Origin: an uncultured Pelagibacteraceae bacterium
GTDB taxonomy: Bacteria; Pseudomonadota; Alphaproteobacteria; Pelagibacterales; Pelagibacteraceae
DNA: 64,000 nucleotides
NCBI GenBank assembly: GCA_902619495.1
Contig: CACNEM010000003.1
Coordinates: forward strand, 48,854 to 112,853
Direction of reading: 5' to 3'
A program made the translations under genes and the position numbers. The stretch's first letter is position 1; each line of letters begins with the position of its first letter. Below the pieces are notes generated by a model. The model did no database searches. It saw only the letters and a program-made list of their open reading frames with translations, and was not told where the DNA came from. Positions 1-9,427 of the stretch are shown here, piece by piece.

Positions 1-645
1 CTCTTTTTTTTTGAAGGTTCGATCATCATTTAAAAGTAATTGAAAAGGTATGTTTTTAGATCCTTTAATGTGACCACTTTTTAATCCTTTTCGGGGCTCA
101 GGCACTAAACCCGAAAATCTTTCTTTACTTCTAGCATCTATTAACTGAAATTTTTTATCTATTATGTTTTTTTTAACTTGAGTCTTATTTATTAGCATAG
201 ATAAATTTTCTTTGGCTTCGTAATCGGTTTTCGAGATTTTTATTACTTCTTTTGAAATAGCTCTATTTTCCTTTAACCATTTCGTAAAATTTCCGTCTAA
301 AACAGAAACTAGATCAGCGTTATGTCCAAAGTAAATAAAAGTATACCAAACTCTACATGAACTGAAGACATCTGAGTTATCATAAATAATTATATGGTCA
401 GAATTATTTATTCCTAAATTTGAAACAATTTTTTCCCACTCTTTATTTGAAGGGAGCATATGGGGTAACGAAGAATTTTGCTCTGAATTTTTATCAATAT
501 CAAAGAATATTGAGTTCTTTATATGATTTTCTTTAAACTCCTCTTCAGCATTTCTACCTGAGTTAGGCAAACACCAGGTAGCATCTAATATTTTCACTTT
601 ATTGATATTTTTTTCTAGCCATTCTGTAGTAACGAGCTGTTTCAT
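1..645 (-). CDS. sseA: 3-mercaptopyruvate/thiosulfate sulfurtransferase (rhodanese), runs off the window edge
   Basis: Not in the ORF track. Manual translation from ATG at 645 gives MKQLVTTEWLEKNINKVKILDATWCLP...HIKNSIFFDID...LPHMLPS, and later LIDARS..RF.G..PEPR.GLKSGHIKGS, the tandem rhodanese motifs. Confidence 0.88.
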   Translation of the reverse strand, partial: MKQLVTTEWLEKNINKVKILDATWCLPNSGRNAEEEFKENHIKNSIFFDIDKNSEQNSSLPHMLPSNKEWEKIVSNLGINNSDHIIIYDNSDVFSSCRVWYTFIYFGHNADLVSVLDGNFTKWLKENRAISKEVIKISKTDYEAKENLSMLINKTQVKKNIIDKKFQLIDARSKERFSGLVPEPRKGLKSGHIKGSKNIPFQLLLNDDRTFKKKE

Positions 646-1091
646 TATCTATTTTTTTCCAAGTATTTTTGATGATATTCTTCTGCCTTACAATAATTTT
701 TGAGCCGAGAAATATTAGTTTGAATTTTTCCATTAAGTTCCTTATTAAAAATTTTTAAAATTTCTTTAGCCTCAGCTTTTTGAATGTCGTCCTCATAAAA
801 TATTTCACTTCTATATTGAGTTCCAACATCAGGATATTGCATATCTTTTTGCGTAGGATCGTGCATTTTAAAAAATAAATCTAAAATTTTTTTAAAGGAA
901 ATTAATTTTTCATCAAAGGTAAGTCTTACAACTTCTGCATGACCAGTATCACCTTTACATACCTCTTCATATGTAACTTTATCGGATAATCCACCGGCAT
1001 AACCGACTTCTGTTTCAATTATACCCGGCTTATTTTTGAAGTTTTCCTCAGGTTTCCAAAAACAGCCAAGAGCAAGTGTACATTTCTTCAT
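645..1091 (-). CDS. msrA: peptide-methionine (S)-S-oxide reductase
   Basis: GCFW motif, YEEVC, TGHAEVV, HDPT, GTQYRS, AEEYHQKY. Confidence 0.95.
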   Translation of the reverse strand: MKKCTLALGCFWKPEENFKNKPGIIETEVGYAGGLSDKVTYEEVCKGDTGHAEVVRLTFDEKLISFKKILDLFFKMHDPTQKDMQYPDVGTQYRSEIFYEDDIQKAEAKEILKIFNKELNGKIQTNISRLKNYCKAEEYHQKYLEKNR

Positions 1092-1124
1092 AAAGTAATT
1101 ATATAGAGTTGTGAGGATATTAAA

Positions 1125-2003
1125 TTGTTAGCACGAAATCAATTAGGCGTATTGTACGGGGTCGCATCTGTGGCATGTTTTGCCATGATGGATGCTTGTG
1201 TAAAGTGGTTAGACCAGTTTCCTGTTGGCGAAGTATTATTTGCAAGATTTTTTTTCGGTTTGATACCAATTTTAATGCTTGTACCTAAGAGTGAATTTAA
1301 AACTTTTTATAAAACTACAAGACCTAAATTACATGCTTTCAGAGCTGTAACAGGGACCTTAGCAATTATTGCACTTTTTATTGCTCTCAGAGAAATACCT
1401 TTGGCAGATGTTGTAAGTTTGACTTTTGGAGGCCCAATTTTCGTTACTTTAGGTTCAATATTTTTTTTATCTGAAAAAGTGGGTGTTAGAAGATGGTCTG
1501 CAGTTTTAATTGGGTTTATCGGGATGTTAATGATTGTCAAACCCGCTTATGATGAATTAAATATTTATTACTTATTTCCAATAATTTTTTGTATTTTTTT
1601 CGCTTGTGTAGCTTTAAGTATAAGAAGTTTATCATCTACCGAACCTAATTATAGAATTGCCTTATACTTTTCTTTATTAAGCATGATAGTTGGTCTAGCA
1701 ACACTTCCTTTTGGCTGGATCATGCCATCAAAATTTGAACTCTTTCTTTTAATTTTTACAGGTATAATTGGTTCAGTAGCTAATATTTTACTTACAGTAT
1801 CACTAAGAATAGCTGAGGCATCACTAGTTACACCAACAAAATATTTAAATTTAGTATTTGCAATATTGTTAGGATATTTCATTTGGGGCGAAATACCAAA
1901 AGCACTGACTCTTTTGGGTGCTGGTTTAATCATTGTAAGTTCTACAATTATTTTCATGAGAGAGTCCCAACTTAAAAAACAAGTTGTTAGTCCTAGGCCG
2001 TGA
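1125..2003 (+). CDS. DMT/EamA family transporter
   Basis: About 10 TM segments, two EamA repeats (FLSEKVG.RRW, WGEIP). Confidence 0.85.
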   Translation: MLARNQLGVLYGVASVACFAMMDACVKWLDQFPVGEVLFARFFFGLIPILMLVPKSEFKTFYKTTRPKLHAFRAVTGTLAIIALFIALREIPLADVVSLTFGGPIFVTLGSIFFLSEKVGVRRWSAVLIGFIGMLMIVKPAYDELNIYYLFPIIFCIFFACVALSIRSLSSTEPNYRIALYFSLLSMIVGLATLPFGWIMPSKFELFLLIFTGIIGSVANILLTVSLRIAEASLVTPTKYLNLVFAILLGYFIWGEIPKALTLLGAGLIIVSSTIIFMRESQLKKQVVSPRP

Positions 2004-2623
2004 GCAAATATCCAAGTTACTGGTCAAAAGCAATAAAAACTTTATCTAAAAGAGATAAAGTTTTAAAAAGACTAATCCTTAAATACAATGATAAATTTTT
2101 GACTACTAGAAAAGATATTTTTTACTCTTTATGTAAAAGTATAGTCGGTCAGCAGATAAGTGTATCAGCTGCTAACTCAGTATTTAAAAAATTTGAAAAG
2201 AAAACTAAAAGAATTAATCCCTTTAAAGTATCAAAATTATCAATATCACAACTTAAATCCTGTGGCCTAAGTAGACAAAAAGCTTTGGGAATAAAAGAAT
2301 TGTCAATTAAATTGGTAAAGAAAGAATTTGATCCAAAATTAATCAAAAGCATGAATGACGAGGAAGCCATTCAATACTTATCATCTTTAAGACAAATAGG
2401 CAGATGGAGTGCAGAAATGATTTTACTATTCACTTACAATCGATCTAATATTTGGCCTTTGCAAGATATTGGCTTATTAAGAGCAATATCAAATAATTAT
2501 AATAAAAAATATTTTCCTCCAAAAAGTTTTTTAAACAAACTCTATAAAAAATTTACACCTTATTGTTCAGTTGCTACGTGGTATCTATGGCGCAGTATTG
2601 ACGATGAACCAATCCAATATTAA
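2000..2623 (+). CDS. DNA-3-methyladenine glycosylase II (AlkA/HhH-GPD family)
   Basis: SIVGQQIS, GLSRQK, HhH IGRWSAEM, DIGL, PY.S.ATWYLW. Confidence 0.9.
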   Translation: MSKYPSYWSKAIKTLSKRDKVLKRLILKYNDKFLTTRKDIFYSLCKSIVGQQISVSAANSVFKKFEKKTKRINPFKVSKLSISQLKSCGLSRQKALGIKELSIKLVKKEFDPKLIKSMNDEEAIQYLSSLRQIGRWSAEMILLFTYNRSNIWPLQDIGLLRAISNNYNKKYFPPKSFLNKLYKKFTPYCSVATWYLWRSIDDEPIQY

Positions 2624-2907
2624 GCGCCTTCAATCGTTTGATGTTGACGTTCAGCGTAGCCTTCAAGAACAGAGTGTGCATCTTGATACTCTTTCGAATT
2701 ATAAAAGTTATTAGCTTCATCGTAGGATGGAAACTCAATTACGACTGTTCTTGGAGATTTATCTCCCTCATTAGATGTAGATCTTCCGCCTCTAATCAAA
2801 AATTTTCCCTTATATTTTTCAACTGCTGCTTTAGCTTTGACAGCGTATTCTTTTAACTTTTCCTCATTATTTATGCTTTTATAAACACAAACTACGTATC
2901 CTTTCAT
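2620..2907 (-). CDS. DUF1330 family protein
   Basis: Y.GKFLIRGG..EG..RTVVIEFPS..A..FYNS.EYQ pattern. Confidence 0.85.
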   Translation of the reverse strand: MKGYVVCVYKSINNEEKLKEYAVKAKAAVEKYKGKFLIRGGRSTSNEGDKSPRTVVIEFPSYDEANNFYNSKEYQDAHSVLEGYAERQHQTIEGA

Positions 2908-2940
2908 TTACAACTCCTTTAAAATAAATTAGCTTTCTTC

Positions 2941-3468
2941 ATGGCAGATAAACTTATTATTGATTGGAAAGAGTATAATCTAATCGTTGAAAAATTAGCA
3001 ATACAAATTTATGATAGTGGCTTTAAACCTAACTTGCTTATTGGTATCGCGAGAGGCGGCCTTCCAATTACTGATGTCTTAAGCCGAGTTTTTAAGTTAA
3101 AGTGTGCTTACCTTGCTGTAGAGTCATATTCTGGAGAAGGCATAGAAGATCAGCAAGGAGATTTGGTTTTTTCAAGAGAAATGAGCTCTACAGTTCAAGA
3201 CATGAAAGGCAACATTCTTTTATGTGATGATTTATCTGATACAGGAGTTACGCTAAACAAAAGTATTGATTGGTTAAAAAGATATCCACCTCTTAAAGGA
3301 AATATAAAAGAAATTAAAACCGCTGTGCTTTGGAAAAAAAAAGACTCAACTTTTGAACCTGATTTTTGCGCCCAAAGATTAGATAGTAATCCATGGATTG
3401 TTCAACCTTTTGAGCATTATGAAGAGATAAAAGTTGAAGATTTAATAAAGAAACATCAAAAGAATTAA
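2941..3468 (+). CDS. type I phosphoribosyltransferase (purine PRT-like)
   Basis: IARGG, PRPP loop CDDLSDTGVTL, WIVQPFE; convergent with a nucleobase permease. Confidence 0.85.
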   Translation: MADKLIIDWKEYNLIVEKLAIQIYDSGFKPNLLIGIARGGLPITDVLSRVFKLKCAYLAVESYSGEGIEDQQGDLVFSREMSSTVQDMKGNILLCDDLSDTGVTLNKSIDWLKRYPPLKGNIKEIKTAVLWKKKDSTFEPDFCAQRLDSNPWIVQPFEHYEEIKVEDLIKKHQKN

Positions 3469-3488
3469 GGGCCAGAATTAACTGGCCC
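3469..3488. terminator. hairpin between convergent genes, probable bidirectional terminator
   Basis: GGGCCAG-AATTAA-CTGGCCC perfect stem. Confidence 0.7.
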
Positions 3489-3496
3489 TAGAACTT

Positions 3497-4807
3497 TTAA
3501 CCTACGTAAAAACTTAACACGCTTAAAACTGCAATTACCCAGATTGCAGAAGAAGTTTTACCAAATTTACCAGTAAAAATTCTGATTAATGCGTAGGCGA
3601 TGAAAGCTAACGCAATCCCATTTGAAATAGAATATGTTAATGGCATGACCAGCATAGCTAACACTGCTGGGCCAGACTCTGCTATATCATTCCATTCAAT
3701 ATCTGTGATGTTTCTAACAAATAATATTGAAACGTAAAGTAAGGCTGCTCCATCTATTTCCTTAGGTAGACTTGTAGCTAAAGGTGCAAAAAATAAGCAA
3801 GCTAGGAATAATACACCAATGACTAAAGAGGTCATTCCTGTTCTTCCACCAGCTTTTACTCCAGAACCTGACTCAACATAACTTGTAACAGTTGTTGTAC
3901 CCATCATAGCTCCTGCAACTGTACCTACACTATCTGATAACATTGCTTTATCAATATCTTGTACTCTCCCTTTTTTATCAACTTTTCCTGCAACATTAGC
4001 TACAGAAGTTAGCGTTCCTGCTGTATCAAAAAAGTCAATGAACAATAAAGTAAAGACTATAGAAGCCATACCAGCGCTTAGCGCCGCTTTGAGATCAAAC
4101 TCAAACAAATAAGTCATTGGAGGAATTGATCCTACAACACCATTAAATTTAGCTAAACCAGATACCCATGCAATGATACTAAAGAGTAAAATACCAATTA
4201 TAATATTTCCTCTTACTTTCATTTTCTCTAAAACAATCATGAATACAAAAGTTGCACATGCTAAAAGTACTAAAGGATTTTTAATATCACCTAATGTAAC
4301 CAGCGTTACTGGATGATCTGCAGTTATTCCCATTATTTCTAATCCAATAATAGCTAAGAACAATCCAATTCCTGCACCAATTCCAAGTTTCAAACTTTTT
4401 GGAATCGAATTTATTAACCAAGCTCTCAATGGCGTTAATGAGATTGCCAAGAAGATTACTCCTGCCACGAGAACAGCTCCTAAAGCTGCTTGAGGTGTGT
4501 AACCCATTCCTGCAACCACTCCGTAAGCAACAAATGCATTGATTCCCATTCCAGGCGCTAATCCCACAGGCCAGGTCTTGCCTCTCAGGGCCATTACAAA
4601 GCAGGCTAAAGCACTTGCTAAAATTGTTGCAGTAAATACTGCCCCAAAATCAAAAAAACCTTTTTCTGTCCCAGCGAATTCACCAGAGAGGATAAAAGGA
4701 TTTAAGAACATGATGTATGCCATTGTTAGGAAAGTTGTTACACCGGCGATTACTTCAGTTCTAAAATTTGTTTTGTTTTTTCTATACTCAAAATATTTGT
4801 CCATCAT
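3497..4807 (-). CDS. NCS2/AzgA-type purine (adenine/guanine/hypoxanthine) permease
   Basis: EVIAGVTTFLTMAYI, APGMGINAF, FFDTAGTL, TSYVES..GV.AGGRTG. Confidence 0.92.
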   Translation of the reverse strand: MMDKYFEYRKNKTNFRTEVIAGVTTFLTMAYIMFLNPFILSGEFAGTEKGFFDFGAVFTATILASALACFVMALRGKTWPVGLAPGMGINAFVAYGVVAGMGYTPQAALGAVLVAGVIFLAISLTPLRAWLINSIPKSLKLGIGAGIGLFLAIIGLEIMGITADHPVTLVTLGDIKNPLVLLACATFVFMIVLEKMKVRGNIIIGILLFSIIAWVSGLAKFNGVVGSIPPMTYLFEFDLKAALSAGMASIVFTLLFIDFFDTAGTLTSVANVAGKVDKKGRVQDIDKAMLSDSVGTVAGAMMGTTTVTSYVESGSGVKAGGRTGMTSLVIGVLFLACLFFAPLATSLPKEIDGAALLYVSILFVRNITDIEWNDIAESGPAVLAMLVMPLTYSISNGIALAFIAYALIRIFTGKFGKTSSAIWVIAVLSVLSFYVG

Positions 4808-4942
4808 AAAATTAAACCTCCGTTATGAGTTTATTACTCTATATACTTAACAAAATCTTAACTAAATCAAACATAGCTGATCAGATTCAACCCACAGTAA
4901 ATATATCTGTTTATAACTTTTCGTTATAAAATAAGGGTAAAA

Positions 4943-5248
4943 ATGAAAAAATTATTTTTTGTAATTTTATACACATTATTATTAATTTCGATAAGTGGTT
5001 GTCAAACTGTATCTAAAAAAATAGAGGATACGACTGATAAAGAGAAACAGGAATTAAGTAAATGGTTAAATAAACCTGAGGAAGATCTTAAAAGTTTTTA
5101 TGGTCAACCAGATAAAGTTGAGTTTTTAAAAACAAGAAATAGAAATTACGTTTATATTACTGAGAAATATAAGATAAAGTGCGAGCGTAAGTTTGAGGTA
5201 AATCCAAGAAATATTGTAGTTGGTTTTAGTAGTAAAAACTGTTTTTAA
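4943..5248 (+). CDS. small lipoprotein, unknown function
   Basis: Signal peptide with lipobox ISGC. Confidence 0.7.
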   Translation: MKKLFFVILYTLLLISISGCQTVSKKIEDTTDKEKQELSKWLNKPEEDLKSFYGQPDKVEFLKTRNRNYVYITEKYKIKCERKFEVNPRNIVVGFSSKNCF

Positions 5249-5253
5249 TTACC

Positions 5254-5272
5254 TGCGGAGCTTAACTCCGCA
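5254..5272. terminator. hairpin between convergent genes
   Basis: TGCGGAG-CTTAA-CTCCGCA. Confidence 0.7.
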
Positions 5273-5284
5273 AGTAAGGTAAAC

Positions 5285-5728
5285 TTATTTAATTTCAATA
5301 AGTCTTTTTTTCTTCATTTCAGGGATGATTTTTTCACAAGAAATAGTTAGCAAACCATCTTTTAATTCAGCACCATTTACCTTTACATCATCTGCAATTG
5401 TAAATGATCTAGCAAAAGATCTTTGAGATATTCCTCGATGAATAACTTCATTACCTTCTTTTTCTTCAGTTCTTTTAACGTCTTTTGTTTTTACAGTTAA
5501 AAGATTATCTTCATATTCAACTTCAACATCATCTTTGTTAAAGCCAGCAACTGCTACTTCAATAGCATACTTATCTTTGCCTGCTTTTCGGATGTTATAT
5601 GGCGGGTAATTGCTTTGCACAGCAAGACTGCCATTACCTAGCATCGACTCGAATTGATCAAACATGTCATCGAATCCAATGCTAAAAGGTTTAAGTGAAT
5701 TAAAGATCGATAGATCCTTACTTGTCAT
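5285..5728 (-). CDS. small heat-shock protein (IbpA/Hsp20)
   Basis: SIGFD, NYPPYNI, AVAGF, HRGIS.RSF.RSF, DGLLTI. Start moved to ATG 5728, which has a GGAGGA SD at 5733-5738. Confidence 0.93.
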   Translation of the reverse strand: MTSKDLSIFNSLKPFSIGFDDMFDQFESMLGNGSLAVQSNYPPYNIRKAGKDKYAIEVAVAGFNKDDVEVEYEDNLLTVKTKDVKRTEEKEGNEVIHRGISQRSFARSFTIADDVKVNGAELKDGLLTISCEKIIPEMKKKRLIEIK

Positions 5729-5779
5729 ATATCCTCCTTTGTTAGCAAGGTTAATGTCAGTCCCATTTGGCAACCGACA
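5729..5779 (-). promoter_or_regulatory. ROSE-like RNA thermometer in the hsp20 5' UTR
   Basis: CCUUGCU-AACAA-AGGAGG hairpin sequesters the SD with a bulged G (ROSE U(U/C)GCU motif). It is preceded by the hairpin UGUCGGUUGCC-AAAU-GGGACUGACA. Confidence 0.75.
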
Positions 5780-5785
5780 ATATAA

Positions 5786-5813
5786 ATATGGGAATTATTT
5801 TTATTTTTTCAAG
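5786..5813 (-). promoter_or_regulatory. sigma32 (RpoH) promoter
   Basis: CTTGAA-N15-CCCATAT on the minus strand, directly upstream of the hsp20 UTR. Confidence 0.8.
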
Positions 5814-5817
5814 ATTG

Positions 5818-7902
5818 TTATTTTAAAATTTTTGCAGATTTTAAAATAAAAGAATATTCTTCAGCTAACTCTTTGATCGCATTGTCGCGGCCTGACATTC
5901 CGCCATGACCCGCTGCTTTCATTTTACATTTTAATAATTGATAATTATTATCAGTTTTTAAATCTCTTAACTTAGCAATATATTTAACTGGTTCAGAATA
6001 AAGGACTCGATTATCAAACAAAGATGTAGTTATAAGCATCGGCGGATAATCTTTTTTCTCAAGATTATTATAAGGAGAGTAAGACAAAATATATTCAAAG
6101 TACTCTTTACTTTTAATTGGATTTCCCCACATCTCCCATTCCCCTGGAGTTAAAGGTAATTTTTCATTTAGCATCGTAGTCATTACATCTACAAAGGGTA
6201 CTAAAAGTAACATAGAAAAAAATAATTCTGGAGCAATGTTAGCTACACCTGAGCCCGTGAGTCCTCCAGCTGAACCTCCGTAAAAACAAATGCCACCTTT
6301 ATAGGTATATCTTTGTTCAATTAAATGATTTGCACATGCTACATAGTCTAAAAAGGTATTTTTTTTAGACTTTTTTTTACCTTCTTGATGCCAAATGTCC
6401 CCCATGTCGCCACCACCTCTTATATGGGCTATTGCAAAAGTTATACCTCTGTCAATCAAACAAAATCTGGAAGCACTAAAAGACGGAGAGATACTATGTT
6501 TATAAGCACCATAAGCATAGAGTAAGACTTTTGATTTTCCATCTTGTTTTGAGTTTTTTAATCTAACTAAACTAATTGGAACCATACGACCATCATGTGA
6601 TCGAGCTTTAATTCTTTCTACCACGTATTTATTAGGATCATGGCCAGATGGAATTTCTGTTTCTTTAACTAATTTTTTTTCTTTAGTGACGATATCATAC
6701 TCATAAATTCTTCCTGGAGTTGCCATACTCTCCCAACCAACTCTAATCATTGAAGTATTTGTATCTCTTTGCATTAAAGAAACACTAGGAACGCCTATTG
6801 GTTCATCTGAAATTTTAATTTCCTCTTCTTTGTTAGTTTTAATATTTCTTATAAAAAGTTTTGGTATAGCATCAGACTTTTCTGATCTAAGAATATAATC
6901 ATCTAAAAATTCAAACCCACTAATAACAGTTTCTTTTTTAGCGGGGATAAAGACTTCTAATTTTTCTATTTGATCAGTCTTACATCTGAGTACCTTATAA
7001 TCCTTAGCCTCTTCATTAGTGTGAACATAAAAATAACCTTGCCAAGAGTCTATTGAGTAACGGACATCATTTTTTCTTTTTTGAAAAAGTGTGGGTTTAA
7101 TTTCTTTAGAATCTGTGGGAAAAAAATATTCTTCAGTTGTGATGTGATCGGAAGTCCCAATAATGAAATATTTTTCATCAGAAGTAATACCAATACCCAC
7201 AGTAAAAGTTTCATCTTTTTCCTCAAATATCAGCTGATCTTGATCGGTTGATGTTCCAAGGATATGTTTGAAAATTTGTCTTGGCCTATGATATTGATCC
7301 AATTTCGAATAAAAGAAGCTTTTACTATCCAAGGCCCAAGTAACACTACCACTAGTATTTTCAATTATATCTTTCTCATTTTTTCCAGTTCTAAGATCTC
7401 TTAAATAAATTGTGTAATATTCTGATCCTTTTAAATCGAGAGAATAAGCAATATAATTATCACAAAAAGAAGTGCTTACAGTTCCAACCCCAAAGTATTC
7501 TGAACCAGTTTTCTTTTTTTCCAAGTCACCATCAAAAAAAATTTCCTCAGGTTTAGATCCATCAATGAGTTGCCTCATCTTTTTTCCGTAATTACCCTTG
7601 GCTTCTGTTTTAGCCCAATAATAATATCTTTTATCTTTATATTTTAATCCAGTATCGTCTAATTTAATTTTTCCTTTGATTTCTTTAAATAAATTTTCCT
7701 GTAATCCTTTAACGTCAGCAAAGTAGTCTTCAGTTATTTTGTTATTAGCTTCTATATAATCTTTGACTTCAGTATTCAATTTTTCGGGGTCTTTTAAAAC
7801 TTCAAGGATATTTGGCTGATCAACCCACGAATAATCATCTTCTAGTGGAATCCCGTGATAATTTTTCGTAGTCTTTATTTTTTTAAGTTTTGGTATATTC
7901 AT
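5818..7902 (-). CDS. ptrB: oligopeptidase B (S9A peptidase)
   Basis: D.YSW, HIRGGG, GGSAGGL nucleophile, VPFVD, E.EMWGNP, D.RV, AGHGG.SGR. Confidence 0.93.
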   Translation of the reverse strand: MNIPKLKKIKTTKNYHGIPLEDDYSWVDQPNILEVLKDPEKLNTEVKDYIEANNKITEDYFADVKGLQENLFKEIKGKIKLDDTGLKYKDKRYYYWAKTEAKGNYGKKMRQLIDGSKPEEIFFDGDLEKKKTGSEYFGVGTVSTSFCDNYIAYSLDLKGSEYYTIYLRDLRTGKNEKDIIENTSGSVTWALDSKSFFYSKLDQYHRPRQIFKHILGTSTDQDQLIFEEKDETFTVGIGITSDEKYFIIGTSDHITTEEYFFPTDSKEIKPTLFQKRKNDVRYSIDSWQGYFYVHTNEEAKDYKVLRCKTDQIEKLEVFIPAKKETVISGFEFLDDYILRSEKSDAIPKLFIRNIKTNKEEEIKISDEPIGVPSVSLMQRDTNTSMIRVGWESMATPGRIYEYDIVTKEKKLVKETEIPSGHDPNKYVVERIKARSHDGRMVPISLVRLKNSKQDGKSKVLLYAYGAYKHSISPSFSASRFCLIDRGITFAIAHIRGGGDMGDIWHQEGKKKSKKNTFLDYVACANHLIEQRYTYKGGICFYGGSAGGLTGSGVANIAPELFFSMLLLVPFVDVMTTMLNEKLPLTPGEWEMWGNPIKSKEYFEYILSYSPYNNLEKKDYPPMLITTSLFDNRVLYSEPVKYIAKLRDLKTDNNYQLLKCKMKAAGHGGMSGRDNAIKELAEEYSFILKSAKILK

Positions 7903-7915
7903 ACTAGAAAATTAT

Positions 7916-8428
7916 ATGAATTTGTTTTTATTAGGAATTATCATATTTGTCATCGTTTATTTATTTTTAAATTGGTTTGCCAGAACTAGTTCGAAGAAAA
8001 TAGCTACTACCATAAAAAAGATTGCAATTTATATATCTTTAATACTAGCTGTGTTATTTACAATAGGTGGTAAATTCATTTTTAGTCTACCAATGTGGTT
8101 GATCTTGCTCTCTGGTCTTAAGATAAAATCATTTTCATTGCTACAATTTTACCAACTCTATCAATTAATCAGGTTTATGAAAAAGAATGCAGGTAGATTT
8201 TCACAAGGACAATTTGGACAATCGTCAGGCTCATCAAGTCTTACATCAGAAGAGGCTTATAAATTATTGGGTCTCAAAAAAGGAGTCAGCAAAGAAGAAG
8301 TTTTAAAAGCAGCTAATCAATTACAAAAAAAAATTCACCCAGATATGAACCGTAGTGTAGACAGTTCTAGATTGAGTCAGTTAGTAAATGAAGCTAAAGA
8401 GAAAATAATTAAAACTGATTTTAGTTAG
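7916..8428 (+). CDS. membrane-anchored protein with C-terminal J domain
   Basis: N-terminal TM helices; EAYKLLGL...IHPD...VNEAKE. Confidence 0.85.
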   Translation: MNLFLLGIIIFVIVYLFLNWFARTSSKKIATTIKKIAIYISLILAVLFTIGGKFIFSLPMWLILLSGLKIKSFSLLQFYQLYQLIRFMKKNAGRFSQGQFGQSSGSSSLTSEEAYKLLGLKKGVSKEEVLKAANQLQKKIHPDMNRSVDSSRLSQLVNEAKEKIIKTDFS

Positions 8429-9380
8429 ACAAAAGTTCAATACATTTATTATAAACTTTATCAAAAGAAATTTTATCTTTACCTAGAGTATCATGAGTTG
8501 TTGACTCCTCAGTTTCACCTTCTGGAACAATTACTTCAATATTTTTTGAATATTTCCCATAAGCTTGAACTGGGCTATCCATAAATAGGGCTAAACATTT
8601 TACACCTAAAGCTGATGATATATGCAACCAACCAGTATCATTACCAATATAAAGTTTGCAGTTTTTAATAATGGGCAATGTTTCACTTATTTTTAAGTCT
8701 TTAAATGAAATACAGTTATTTGATAGTTCTGAGACAAGGAATTGATCAATTAATTCCTTATCATTATTGCCTGCTGCTAAATAAAATTTTGAAGGTGTTC
8801 TTTTATTAATTTGAACACATAAATTTATAAAATTTTTGATGTCCCATCTTTTACTAGGGCCACTAGCTGATATACCTAGAACGACATGAGAAAACTCACT
8901 AGAAAATTTTTGTTTAGTTTGATTTATTTGATTTTCATTTATAAAGAGTTCTGGTTGAGTAGATACGATTTCACCCAATTCATTTTCTGTAAAAATTTTA
9001 GCAGAAGTTACAATATTATCTTTTTTTCTAAATAATGGATACTGAGAAATATGTTTTATTCTAGCCATTTTTGTAATTAATAAATATCTTAAAGAACTAT
9101 TAAAAATAAAAACTTTATCGTATTTTTTTAATTTAAGATCTTTACTTAATTTAAAGAACCCTAAAAGACCGTCGTGAGATCCAGAATTATTTTTTGTTCG
9201 ATCCAATATTAAAATTTCTTTAATGTGTTTATCTTCAGCCAAAAGTTGATTGGCACGTGAATTTTCTTTCACTAAAATAGACACAGGCGTTTGATATTTT
9301 TTTGAAATAGCATGAATATATGGCAAATAAATTACCATATCTCCCATACCAATTTTTGGTTGAATTACTAAAACTTTCAT
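8421..9380 (-). CDS. glycosyltransferase family 9 (LPS heptosyltransferase-like)
   Basis: IGMGDMV, KRW, IGNDTG.LHISSALG. Confidence 0.88.
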   Translation of the reverse strand: MKVLVIQPKIGMGDMVIYLPYIHAISKKYQTPVSILVKENSRANQLLAEDKHIKEILILDRTKNNSGSHDGLLGFFKLSKDLKLKKYDKVFIFNSSLRYLLITKMARIKHISQYPLFRKKDNIVTSAKIFTENELGEIVSTQPELFINENQINQTKQKFSSEFSHVVLGISASGPSKRWDIKNFINLCVQINKRTPSKFYLAAGNNDKELIDQFLVSELSNNCISFKDLKISETLPIIKNCKLYIGNDTGWLHISSALGVKCLALFMDSPVQAYGKYSKNIEVIVPEGETEESTTHDTLGKDKISFDKVYNKCIELLSN

Positions 9381-9427
9381 TTTTAAATTTAATAATATAA
9401 CTTAGATAGAATAATTTGGGTAAGATT

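Noticed and set aside
4808-4942. Possible purine riboswitch before the NCS2 permease
   Set aside because: Only weak AT-rich 4-6 bp stems near the SD; no recognisable aptamer core
5729-5773. N-terminal extension of Hsp20 in the ORF track
   Set aside because: It reads through the SD and ROSE hairpins; ATG 5728 is better supported
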